A DNA stretch of 64,000 nt. It comes from a virus (taxonomy: Duplodnaviria; Caudoviricetes). The position numbers were made by a program, and so were the translations under genes. Location of the stretch: positions 1 through 64,000 of IMG/VR virus record IMGVR_UViG_3300035498_000575. One strand, 5' to 3'. This document shows positions 1 through 8,631 of this stretch, one piece after another. Each line of letters starts with the position of its first letter. The stretch's first letter is position 1. The notes under the pieces are model-generated. The model saw only the letters and a program-made list of their open reading frames with translations. It searched no databases and was not told where the DNA came from.

Positions 1-1
1 C

Positions 2-337
2 GTTAGTGTCTGTATTGTCTCCACCGCCATCACCACTATCATCATCAGTAGAAGATGTGTCAGTATAATCAGTTCCATCATCGTTGTCATCATCTAAAAC
101 AGCAGCATCTTCGCCACCACCATCATTGTCTTTTGGTGTAGCTGTATAATCATCACCGTCATCTTCAGGAGGTGTATTATCTTCTTCTTCAGGTGCTATC
201 GATGAGTAGTCAGTTCCCCTTGACCTATGAGGTTTTATAGTAATAGTGCTAGATGTTGTGCTATTGCTTTCGTCATCATCAGCCTCTAGAAAATAATCGT
301 TGAACGTTTTGAATCTAGGCTCTATTCTAACTATCAT
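2..337 (-). CDS. Acidic putative head/virion protein, runs off the left edge (not in ORF track)
   Basis: ATG at 337 after GGGGTG; open frame MIVRIEPRFKTFNDYFLEADDDES... to the window edge; D/T/G-rich with an FLE-A motif. Confidence 0.7.
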   Translation of the reverse strand, partial: MIVRIEPRFKTFNDYFLEADDDESNSTTSSTITIKPHRSRGTDYSSIAPEEEDNTPPEDDGDDYTATPKDNDGGGEDAAVLDDDNDDGTDYTDTSSTDDDSGDGGGDNTDTN

Positions 338-358
338 CAAAAATCACCCCAATCATTT

Positions 359-2206
359 TTAGACAGCAGATTTGTAATTTGTAGCAACTCTCTTTAATTG
401 ATACTTGAATTGATCCTCAATTCGCTGTAGCTCATACGATTGCTTTAAATCACCGGCCATCTTTGCGTCTTCTTTCTTCATCTTTATTACTTTGAGTTCT
501 GATTGTAAATCGCGCATTAATTCTTCACATGCCCTTTTATTTTTTGTCTTAGATGCATGACGGCACATAGCTACGCAGACGGTTGCTAGTGGAGATATAG
601 ATATTGACGTTCCGTATAATATCAATAACTCTAAATTTTTCATGTACTTCTTACGAACACCCGGTCTGAGCATAAATTCTTTACGCTTATTCATATCCAT
701 AGTGTCGTAATCGTTCAGCATTTGTTTTACCTTACCATCGATGTCACGAGGAACCTTTGTTACACCTCTACCAATCGCTTTAGCATGATTTGCAGCGTCT
801 TTTCCAGCAGCAGTAGCCTTATCTATATTTTTATTTACGTCAACTATCTTTGACTCGATCTTTTGAACAGGTCTTTGACTACCTTTATTGACACGACCCT
901 TAGACTTTTGAGGATGTTCATCAATTACCCCATCAGTATCATCGTCCGAGTTATCCTGATCGTCATTTTCGTCTTCATCATCAGTGATATCGGCAGTAGA
1001 TTTTGATTTGTTCTTATTTTTAGTATTACCGAAATTATCGTCGGCTACATCATCACCCATTAACTTGGATAATACAGCTGAGCTTTCTCCGCCCTCGGTA
1101 GTATATATATCATCTAGCTTGTTTTCTAGGATAAATAACTGCTCTTGCATATTAGGGGTACTATTTAAACCAACAGCTTCATTAACAACACTAGCAACAA
1201 GTGAATCCCTAGTACTAGTGGTTAACGGATCAGCTCCTTCAGATAGCATATCATATAGCATAAATTCATAGGCGTTTTCATATAATCCAACAACAGATTT
1301 TTCTCTACATGATCTTTCATGGCTATATTCATCTTTATAAAATTCATACACATAATCATCACGATATACTTTTTCAACAGCTTCATACATAGAACTGAAA
1401 ATTGGATTAAAATCAGTTACAACTTCTGTTGTTAAATCTTTAATAACATCATTATCATTTACTTGGGAAATACCCATGATATTATATCTTAGGTTGGAAT
1501 TTCTAGTATTTCTAACGGATTCTTCTATAATATTATCACGCATCATCCTACTTATTATGTGCTTTAGTGTAGAATTTTGCTTTATATCCGATGGATTAAT
1601 ACTATCCTCAGCATAACAAGATTCAATGTATAAATTCAATTGAGTACTGTATTTAGGTTCACGGCTTAGACAATTGAATATGTCCATAAATTCGCAATTC
1701 TCATTTAATACAGCCTCAACCTTTGCCTCTGCTAATGATTCTGTTATAAGATTATGCCTACTAGCATAAATAGTATCATATAGCATATCACTTAGACATG
1801 ATGTTTCTCCACTCATTTCTGTATGTAAAGAAATTGAATTACTTAACTCACTTCTCTTGTTGGCTACAGTTTCGTACAATGTATTATACATTTCTCGCTG
1901 CGTACTTGACATTTCGTCAGAGTGTTGCTCCAAGTATGAGTCAATCTTTCCTAATTCTATATCATAACTATCAAGCGGAAGTATTTCACTTTCAATAATA
2001 TTTTTATAGAATCCATATCCCTTATAAGGTTCGGTAAATATATAATTAGAATTCTCTAGAATAAAAGACAAATCTTTCGACTCGTATAGTGAATAATAAT
2101 CATAAGCATTAACCTTTTTATAATCATCTCTAAGATTATTATAAGCTACGATAAGTTTCTTCTTATCATTACTATTAATTACTCTTTCTGTGTTTATAAC
2201 AGGCAT
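359..2206 (-). CDS. Putative virion/head protein with acidic linker
   Basis: Start moved to MPVINTE (AAGGAG RBS); AACA-N6-TA motif upstream; many xxE motifs (ILE, YLE, TTE-G); sits in the head cluster. Confidence 0.55.
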   Translation of the reverse strand: MPVINTERVINSNDKKKLIVAYNNLRDDYKKVNAYDYYSLYESKDLSFILENSNYIFTEPYKGYGFYKNIIESEILPLDSYDIELGKIDSYLEQHSDEMSSTQREMYNTLYETVANKRSELSNSISLHTEMSGETSCLSDMLYDTIYASRHNLITESLAEAKVEAVLNENCEFMDIFNCLSREPKYSTQLNLYIESCYAEDSINPSDIKQNSTLKHIISRMMRDNIIEESVRNTRNSNLRYNIMGISQVNDNDVIKDLTTEVVTDFNPIFSSMYEAVEKVYRDDYVYEFYKDEYSHERSCREKSVVGLYENAYEFMLYDMLSEGADPLTTSTRDSLVASVVNEAVGLNSTPNMQEQLFILENKLDDIYTTEGGESSAVLSKLMGDDVADDNFGNTKNKNKSKSTADITDDEDENDDQDNSDDDTDGVIDEHPQKSKGRVNKGSQRPVQKIESKIVDVNKNIDKATAAGKDAANHAKAIGRGVTKVPRDIDGKVKQMLNDYDTMDMNKRKEFMLRPGVRKKYMKNLELLILYGTSISISPLATVCVAMCRHASKTKNKRACEELMRDLQSELKVIKMKKEDAKMAGDLKQSYELQRIEDQFKYQLKRVATNYKSAV

Positions 2207-2273
2207 TGTAATCTCTCCTTTCAATATTTCTATTGGTTTACTTATTTGTTGAAAAAATGAAGCGTTTACATAA

Positions 2274-2306
2274 AAACATATACTCACAATCTGTGAGTAT
2301 ATGTTT
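2274..2306. terminator. Intrinsic terminator hairpin downstream of the endolysin
   Basis: AAACATATACTCACA-atc-TGTGAGTATATGTTT. Confidence 0.7.
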
Positions 2307-2321
2307 AACACATAATATTAT

Positions 2322-3398
2322 TTATGAAAGTTTTTCTACAGCACTAGCAGAAATCCATCCATTATATTCTGGTAGATAGCACCATTCGTCATCGGATGTA
2401 AATTCTAAAGTAGCATTATCTGAAACGGTTGTTACTACATCACCAGATGTAGAAGGGACGCTTCTAATATTCCACTTACCATCCTTAATAGTGAGCGTAT
2501 GTGCGGTAGAGCTTTTTGAAGTAGTACTATTCTTGGTTGTAGAGCTTGTTGAAGCACTGAGATACTTTTCTACAACATAATATTCCTTGTTATTCTTAAT
2601 AATCTTTACCCAAGTATAACCATTACATTCAGTAGAAAATCCTACAACTACGTCAACCTTACCATTCTTAGTAATTACTCCCGCAACTGCTGAAGCAGTA
2701 CTTGCTCCACATCTATAATTGACATTAGTAGTTGCAGTTCTGGTTTCTGTCTTAACATTACTAGATGTTGTCGTAGAGCTTGCACCACCGCTTAATGATG
2801 GAAAGTCCACATAACAATAGTTCATATCAACGTTACCACTAATTCCTGAAATTGTTCCCTTCTCTGAATATTGCCACATTGAAGCAAAACTCTGGTCATA
2901 CCATTGTGAATACTTAGAAGATGTAGTGTAGCATGCTACCCAGTATTTAGTATATGATGGTAGAGAAGAGACATTGAGATAGCTGGATAGCCAGTTCGGA
3001 TTAGAATAAAGTACTGCTGTATAACCAGCCTTATTGATCTTTTCTAGTGCAGTACTTGCCATACTTGTTAACGTTGTCTTTCCTAGACTTGTTTGGGATG
3101 CGTCTTCTAGATCAAACGCTAAAAACATGTCCCATGTCTTATCTTTTACAATACTTAGAAATACTTCCATTTCAGTCTTTACTTCATTTGCAGATTTAGC
3201 ATATGAATACCAGTATGCACCGACATGTAAGCCAGCAGCCTTAGCATTCTTATAATTCTCTTCAAACTTAGGGTCCTTTTGAGAAGCTAGCTTACCATAA
3301 CCCGCTCTTATGATAACACCGTATACACCTTCAGCCTTAACCTTGCTATAGTCTACAGTTCCGTTATGCTTTGAAACATCAATAACTAGTTCCTTCAT
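2322..3398 (-). CDS. Endolysin: GH25 muramidase plus two SH3b-like cell-wall-binding domains
   Basis: IDVSKHNG, GAYWYSYA, FDLED, MWQYSEKGTISGISGNVDMN; S/T linkers; VNYRCGAST and WNIRSVPST...GWIS. Confidence 0.92.
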   Translation of the reverse strand: MKELVIDVSKHNGTVDYSKVKAEGVYGVIIRAGYGKLASQKDPKFEENYKNAKAAGLHVGAYWYSYAKSANEVKTEMEVFLSIVKDKTWDMFLAFDLEDASQTSLGKTTLTSMASTALEKINKAGYTAVLYSNPNWLSSYLNVSSLPSYTKYWVACYTTSSKYSQWYDQSFASMWQYSEKGTISGISGNVDMNYCYVDFPSLSGGASSTTTSSNVKTETRTATTNVNYRCGASTASAVAGVITKNGKVDVVVGFSTECNGYTWVKIIKNNKEYYVVEKYLSASTSSTTKNSTTSKSSTAHTLTIKDGKWNIRSVPSTSGDVVTTVSDNATLEFTSDDEWCYLPEYNGWISASAVEKLS

Positions 3399-3526
3399 AT
3401 ATAATCAATTCCTTTCTACTCTTAATTGACTACTCAATATATAACATTCTAAACGATTTTTAGAGAGCATATATCTGTTAATCATTTGTTTTATTTTCAA
3501 TTTAATATTAACGGTGAGATAGTCAT

Positions 3527-3735
3527 ACATTTTTTTACATTAATATAACCAATATAATATATATAAAGAAAGGATATGATGTATAATGGATAATATTATA
3601 TTAGAGAATATGTATTTTAGTCATAATATATCTTCATTAACAGATAAATATATTATAGAATGTTATGAAGATAGTTATATGTGTGAGTCAGTATTAGATA
3701 GTATTAAAACATTCTTTAGTAATTTAAAAGAAAAG
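3527..3735 (+). repeat. Cassette leader plus 5' coding block, near-identical to about 7394-7604
   Basis: TTTTTTACATTAATATAACCAAT...AAAGAAAGGATATGATGTAyAATGGATAATATTATATTAGAGAATATG... occurs in both places. Confidence 0.9.
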
Positions 3736-4719
3736 ATAAAAGATATATTTAATAAGATAATTAACGCAATAACTGGTAAAAGTAAAGATAATACAAATAA
3801 ACTAAATGAAATAGAAGATAAGATTAAAGATAATCCAGAATTAGGTAAACAGAAAGTACAAATAGCTGATCCTGATAAAGTAGAGAATGAGATAGATAAA
3901 CAAAAGAAAGAATATCTTAATAATAAGAATAAAGAAAAAGGTAAGTTTAAAGTAGATAAGAAGAAAGTTATAACAGTAGCTACAGTAACAGTATCATTGG
4001 CTGCAGCTGTAGTATTACTAAAGAAAGGTATAATTAAACTACCTAGTAAAGCTAAGAAGAGTCAAGATGAAGTAAATAAAACCATTAATAAATGTGAAGA
4101 AGAAGCTAATAAAGCTGTAGAGAACACAAAGGAAGATATTCGTGATGAAATTACTAGAAAAAGTAAACTTACCGAAAATGAACAATATAAAATTGAGAGA
4201 GAAAAAAAAGCAGCGGCTCTTTCTGTAGACGCATATAACGAACAGGTAAAGGCGGAACTTGAAATAATTGATCAAATGATAACTGAAGCAGATAAAGTTT
4301 GCAATCATATGAATGATAGGCTATATATTGACTTTCATAAAGCCCTTGGGTCTGGAGATAGACTTGATAGTGTTATTAGGTTGATAAACGAACGTCTAAG
4401 AAACAAACTTAAAGGAGAAAATTTTAATCCTAATAATAAAAATCACATGGATATGCTCAAAACAGGTTATCCTGATTTGTACGACCGCTATATGGATGCA
4501 GACCGCAAACATGATAGAGCTTATGATAAATTTTATAAATCTCAGAGCCATGTAGAAGCTAAGAAAGAGGAACTAAAGCGTCTAGCTAAAAGACAAAATT
4601 TACTAGGTGGAAAAGCCACGCCCCAAACAGAACATCCCACAATATTATCCTACGACGAGGTAAATCGAATTCGTGATATAGCACGTAAGACCGGCGAATA
4701 TCCTGATATGGATCTATAA
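3586..4719 (+). CDS. Putative internal head protein, paralog A
   Basis: N-terminus nearly identical to 7455-8441; xxE motifs (ILE, CYE, MCE-S) followed by amphipathic VLDSIKTFFSNLKEKIKDIF; next to the prohead protease. Confidence 0.6.
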   Translation: MDNIILENMYFSHNISSLTDKYIIECYEDSYMCESVLDSIKTFFSNLKEKIKDIFNKIINAITGKSKDNTNKLNEIEDKIKDNPELGKQKVQIADPDKVENEIDKQKKEYLNNKNKEKGKFKVDKKKVITVATVTVSLAAAVVLLKKGIIKLPSKAKKSQDEVNKTINKCEEEANKAVENTKEDIRDEITRKSKLTENEQYKIEREKKAAALSVDAYNEQVKAELEIIDQMITEADKVCNHMNDRLYIDFHKALGSGDRLDSVIRLINERLRNKLKGENFNPNNKNHMDMLKTGYPDLYDRYMDADRKHDRAYDKFYKSQSHVEAKKEELKRLAKRQNLLGGKATPQTEHPTILSYDEVNRIRDIARKTGEYPDMDL

Positions 4720-4802
4720 ACAACAAACCCCTTTATGATGCTTCTTGGTATTTCGAATATTTAGCGCTAATGATAATAATCAAATATAAATAAAGTTACA
4801 TT

Positions 4803-4875
4803 TGTATATATGTGGTATATACCACATATATACATTTTTTGCATTAATATAACCGATATATAAGAAAGGATATAA
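4803..4875 (+). repeat. 32-bp palindrome plus degenerate cassette leader with no ORF behind it
   Basis: TGTATATATGTGGTATATACCACATATATACA (core repeated at 7368-7397), then TTTTTTGCATTAATATAACC...AAGAAAGGATAT. Confidence 0.85.
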
Positions 4876-5059
4876 TCAAGACGATCGGTTAAATAATTTT
4901 TGGATCTCGAAAATTCTATTCATAGGATTCTGTGTTATTATAAAATAGTATTTTTATTGAGCAAACATATGTTTGCTCAATGCATTTTTATAAATCACTG
5001 GCTAAGTTTAAAAAATTGAATAATATTCACATATTTATTTGGACTCAAGGTTAAAATTA

Positions 5060-5071
5060 AACAAATACATA
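5060..5071 (+). promoter_or_regulatory. Late-type phage promoter AACA-N6-TA (representative copy)
   Basis: AACA-AATACA-TA upstream of the protease; the same motif lies upstream of many other genes (see findings). Confidence 0.7.
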
Positions 5072-5108
5072 AGGTTTAAAGCCATAATTAAGAAAGGAAT
5101 GATTAATA

Positions 5109-5966
5109 ATGAAAGATAAAGATATCGGATACGTATACATAGCTGAAGAAACAAATAGTGACAACTATAAAGTTACTGACGTTGACGTTATAGACAAGCC
5201 GGGTGCTTTCTTTGTAAGATTTAAGGCATGCCTTCAATCATTTGGTGTAATGAATCGTAATGGTCGATGTTACGTGAAAGAGAACGTAATGAATAATCTA
5301 CAAACTGAGAGAATCCAGTCTATGATCAAAGATGGTTGTTTTTATGGCGAATGCGATCATCCACAGGCCTATATTAAGGACAGACCGTTGAGCTCAGAAA
5401 GAATCAATACCATTGACATGCATAATACAACACATAAGATGCTAAACCCACACTGTGAGGGTAATCTTCTAATGTCAGATATAGAAAGCGATGCGGGTAC
5501 AGATGTAGGTGTCGGACTTGCAAAGAAAATGGCACAAGGCGGATATAATCCATCCTTTAGTTGTAGAGCCATTGCAGGTATCGGAATGATGAACGGTAGA
5601 CCTACAGTAGATGTTAAGAAGATTATCACATATGATCTAGTCTTATTCCCATCACATAGGGAAGCATCTAAGGTCGCTGGATCAGAGAAGTTCATTTCAA
5701 AGCCAGCTCACGTAATGACCGAATCATGCAAGGATACACTAGTACCACTAACTGATATTATTGACGTTGCTGGTAACAAGTGTGATAATGCAAAGATTGT
5801 AATGGAGGCGTTTGACCTAACTCCTAACAACATTGTCGGTGTTGATAGGAAGAAGGACTTAATTATATTTAAGGATCAAACCAATACAATCTACTGCAAT
5901 ATGGAAGAAAGTACAAAAGAAAGAATAAATGATATATTCAATTCATTTGACTTAATCTATGATTAA
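5109..5966 (+). CDS. Prohead core protease (T4 gp21-like)
   Basis: NRNGRCY, GECDHP (catalytic His), FSCRA (catalytic Ser), ITYDLVLFPSH. Confidence 0.88.
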   Translation: MKDKDIGYVYIAEETNSDNYKVTDVDVIDKPGAFFVRFKACLQSFGVMNRNGRCYVKENVMNNLQTERIQSMIKDGCFYGECDHPQAYIKDRPLSSERINTIDMHNTTHKMLNPHCEGNLLMSDIESDAGTDVGVGLAKKMAQGGYNPSFSCRAIAGIGMMNGRPTVDVKKIITYDLVLFPSHREASKVAGSEKFISKPAHVMTESCKDTLVPLTDIIDVAGNKCDNAKIVMEAFDLTPNNIVGVDRKKDLIIFKDQTNTIYCNMEESTKERINDIFNSFDLIYD

Positions 5967-5978
5967 GGAGGAATTGAT

Positions 5979-6629
5979 ATGACCCATAGAGAGAAGCAAA
6001 ACTTGTTGAACGAGTTTTTAGTTACTGAGGGTTTAGCAGCCGATAGTGGGTTTTTAGGATTCAATGCTGGTAAAATAATAGTATTGTTCGGAGGAGCGGC
6101 TGTTGCTGTAAATGTCGCTGAACAATCCAGAGCTAAGAAGATAGCAAAAACATGGTTTGCCAATCATGCAGAGCTTACCAGTCCTTTTAAGTCAAGTAAA
6201 AAGTTGAGTAAAGGTGCTACCATAAAATTCTTAACCGAAAATAATATCAAAACCAAAAGTGATCCCAGCAAGGCTATGAATGCCGGTGGAAGAATATGTA
6301 CAGATAAAAGTGGTAAAACCATCGCATACAGCTTGTGGTTTCAGTATAAAAAAGAAGACAAGACAGAGAAAATAGAGTTGGTGAATTTTATTGATTCTGG
6401 AATGGTCAAATTTAAACGTGAATACTGCGCTACATTGGCAGTGATGTGTGGTAACTACTCAGACAGTATGGATAACGTATTTAAGGAAATGGATAAGTTC
6501 AATAAGAAATGTAAAAAGAATGAGGAAGCTAATTCAGAATACGGAGATACTGACAAAGAATCCACTAAATTCATAAAGAAAAAGAAAAAAGAAGAACCTA
6601 GTAATGATGACGAAGAAGGTGATTCATAA
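5979..6629 (+). CDS. Hypothetical protein, probable head component
   Basis: AGGAGG RBS; VTE-G motif near the N-terminus; co-transcribed with the protease. Confidence 0.5.
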   Translation: MTHREKQNLLNEFLVTEGLAADSGFLGFNAGKIIVLFGGAAVAVNVAEQSRAKKIAKTWFANHAELTSPFKSSKKLSKGATIKFLTENNIKTKSDPSKAMNAGGRICTDKSGKTIAYSLWFQYKKEDKTEKIELVNFIDSGMVKFKREYCATLAVMCGNYSDSMDNVFKEMDKFNKKCKKNEEANSEYGDTDKESTKFIKKKKKEEPSNDDEEGDS

Positions 6630-7354
6630 TGAATATGTCTAGACTCATAACTAGATTGAAGAGAAAATTGGGTATATACTCAATAGCCCTTCCTATTGAG
6701 AACACCGATGATTTCATACGTGAAATTATTGAAGATACAACAATCCCAGTATTCAGTCAATATAATTGTATCATTGAGCGAGTTAGATTTAATCTACATA
6801 ATTTAGAGAAGATCGAACAACGTGCTAACTACGAAACATATTTATTACCTGATGTTTTTAGTAACAGAGAAATATTATATGTTTCGGATGTGTCATACGA
6901 CGAAGCGACTATATCAGGAATAGGCTATTGGGGCGGTGGCGTTCCTCTAATGAGTGGCAGCTTTGTGAATCAATCTATACTAGCAAACGCTGGAAGTACA
7001 TTATCAAGTAGAATGATCCCAAAGTTGACATTTAAATACGAGCACCCAAGAAAAATCACGTTATACAATGTACTAAGCTCATGCCACCTAGTATTTGAGA
7101 TAGCATTTGCGCATGATAAATCGTTGGCATCAATTCCTCCAACCGCTGAGGAAAGTTTTTTTGAACTAGCATGTCTTGACGTTGAGGAAGCATTATATGG
7201 GATGCTAAAACACTACAATGAATTGGATAGCCCATACGGAAAAATAAATTTGAGAATAGATGATTATCAGTCTGCAGCACAAGATAGGAAACAACTATTG
7301 AATGAATGGGACGATAAATATCATCTCGATGGTAATAGTATATTTTGGGCATAA
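6629..7354 (+). CDS. Putative virion structural (neck/head-completion-like) protein
   Basis: Translationally coupled (TAATG) within the head operon; product inferred from context only. Confidence 0.4.
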   Translation: MNMSRLITRLKRKLGIYSIALPIENTDDFIREIIEDTTIPVFSQYNCIIERVRFNLHNLEKIEQRANYETYLLPDVFSNREILYVSDVSYDEATISGIGYWGGGVPLMSGSFVNQSILANAGSTLSSRMIPKLTFKYEHPRKITLYNVLSSCHLVFEIAFAHDKSLASIPPTAEESFFELACLDVEEALYGMLKHYNELDSPYGKINLRIDDYQSAAQDRKQLLNEWDDKYHLDGNSIFWA

Positions 7355-7367
7355 TAGACTAGTAATA

Positions 7368-7604
7368 GTATATATGTGGTATATACCACATATATACATT
7401 TTTTACATTAATATAACCAATAATATAATATATAAAGAAAGGATATGATGTACAATGGATAATATTATATTAGAGAATATGTATTTTGAACATAATATAT
7501 CTTCATTAACAGATAAATATATTATAGAATGTTATGAAGAATCATATGTATGTGAAAGTGTATTAGACAGTATTAAAACATTCTTTAGTAATTTAAAAGA
7601 AAAG
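7368..7604 (+). repeat. Palindrome plus cassette leader plus 5' coding block
   Basis: Shares the palindrome with 4804-4833 and the leader/N-terminal block with 3527-3735. Confidence 0.9.
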
Positions 7605-8441
7605 GTTAAGAATATATTCAATGATATATCTACTACGATAAAAGGTACGTTTAAAGAGAAACAAGACAAATTGAATAAGACGGCGTTAGATATTAAAAAG
7701 AATCCTAAGTTGTCGCGACAGAAAGTACAAATAACTGATCCTAATAAAGTAGAAGCAGAAATAGATAAACAAAAGAAAGAATATTTAAATAATAAGAATA
7801 AAGAAAAAGGTAAGTTTAAAGTAAACAAAAATGAGGTGCTAACCAAAGCCAAGGCTACGGTTACTTTAGATGTGGCAACTACATCATTAAAAAAGAAGTT
7901 TAATGAAATGCCCGATAAAGTTAAGCGAACAGAACAGGAAGTGATTAAGAGCGTAGATATGTGTGAAAAGGAAGCAAATGATTCTCTAGTGGCCGAGTTT
8001 GTTTGGAACAGAAACAATGATAAGTCAGCACAAGACAAAGCAGCAGAAATTGTACAGGTTGAGTCAGAAGCTTTAATTGCTGAATATGAAGCGTTGTCTG
8101 AAGAATATATCGAGCTACAACGAGCATTATTGGACGCTTTCTATATTGATTTTCGTATCAGTAGAGGAGACAGAGAAGGTTTAAATGATGACGATACTTT
8201 AGAAAAATATGCTAATATCGAACTTGATTTAGATAGTAAAATCGTAGGCGCGTATTATGACATAGGACAGCGACAGCAACAGTTAGATAAAATGAGGAGA
8301 AAAGGTAAAATAAATGATGACGAGTGGAACAGAGTGACGAACATCAACAATAAGCGTCAGAACGTTGTACCTGCTATGATCGCCGATTATAATCTTAAAG
8401 TTGATGAACTGGGCAAGCGATTTCCTTTAAATAATAACTAA
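7455..8441 (+). CDS. Putative internal head protein, paralog B
   Basis: MDNIILENMYFEHNISSLTDKYIIECYEE... and QKVQITDPNKVEAEIDKQKKEYLNNKNKEKGKFKV shared with paralog A; C-terminus unrelated. Confidence 0.6.
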   Translation: MDNIILENMYFEHNISSLTDKYIIECYEESYVCESVLDSIKTFFSNLKEKVKNIFNDISTTIKGTFKEKQDKLNKTALDIKKNPKLSRQKVQITDPNKVEAEIDKQKKEYLNNKNKEKGKFKVNKNEVLTKAKATVTLDVATTSLKKKFNEMPDKVKRTEQEVIKSVDMCEKEANDSLVAEFVWNRNNDKSAQDKAAEIVQVESEALIAEYEALSEEYIELQRALLDAFYIDFRISRGDREGLNDDDTLEKYANIELDLDSKIVGAYYDIGQRQQQLDKMRRKGKINDDEWNRVTNINNKRQNVVPAMIADYNLKVDELGKRFPLNNN

Positions 8442-8589
8442 TCCTACTATATAACTTTTGTTATATGCCATATTATATATCGAACTCGAGGGTAATAAGG
8501 TTTAAAAGTCATGACTAAAAAAGAATGAACTATCAAATACGGTATGGAGGGGCACATAATAAATCCCCTAAATATACAATAATAAGAAA

Positions 8590-8631
8590 AAATAATATTG
8601 AGGAAGCCAATTGGCTTCCTCAATATTATTT
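8590..8631. terminator. Bidirectional terminator between convergent genes
   Basis: Perfect palindrome AAATAATATTGAGGAAGCCAA|TTGGCTTCCTCAATATTATTT. Confidence 0.8.

Noticed and set aside
3586-8441. Diversity-generating retroelement template/variable repeat pair
   Set aside because: Shared blocks are 5'-located, differences are not confined to adenines of one copy, and there is no reverse transcriptase in the window
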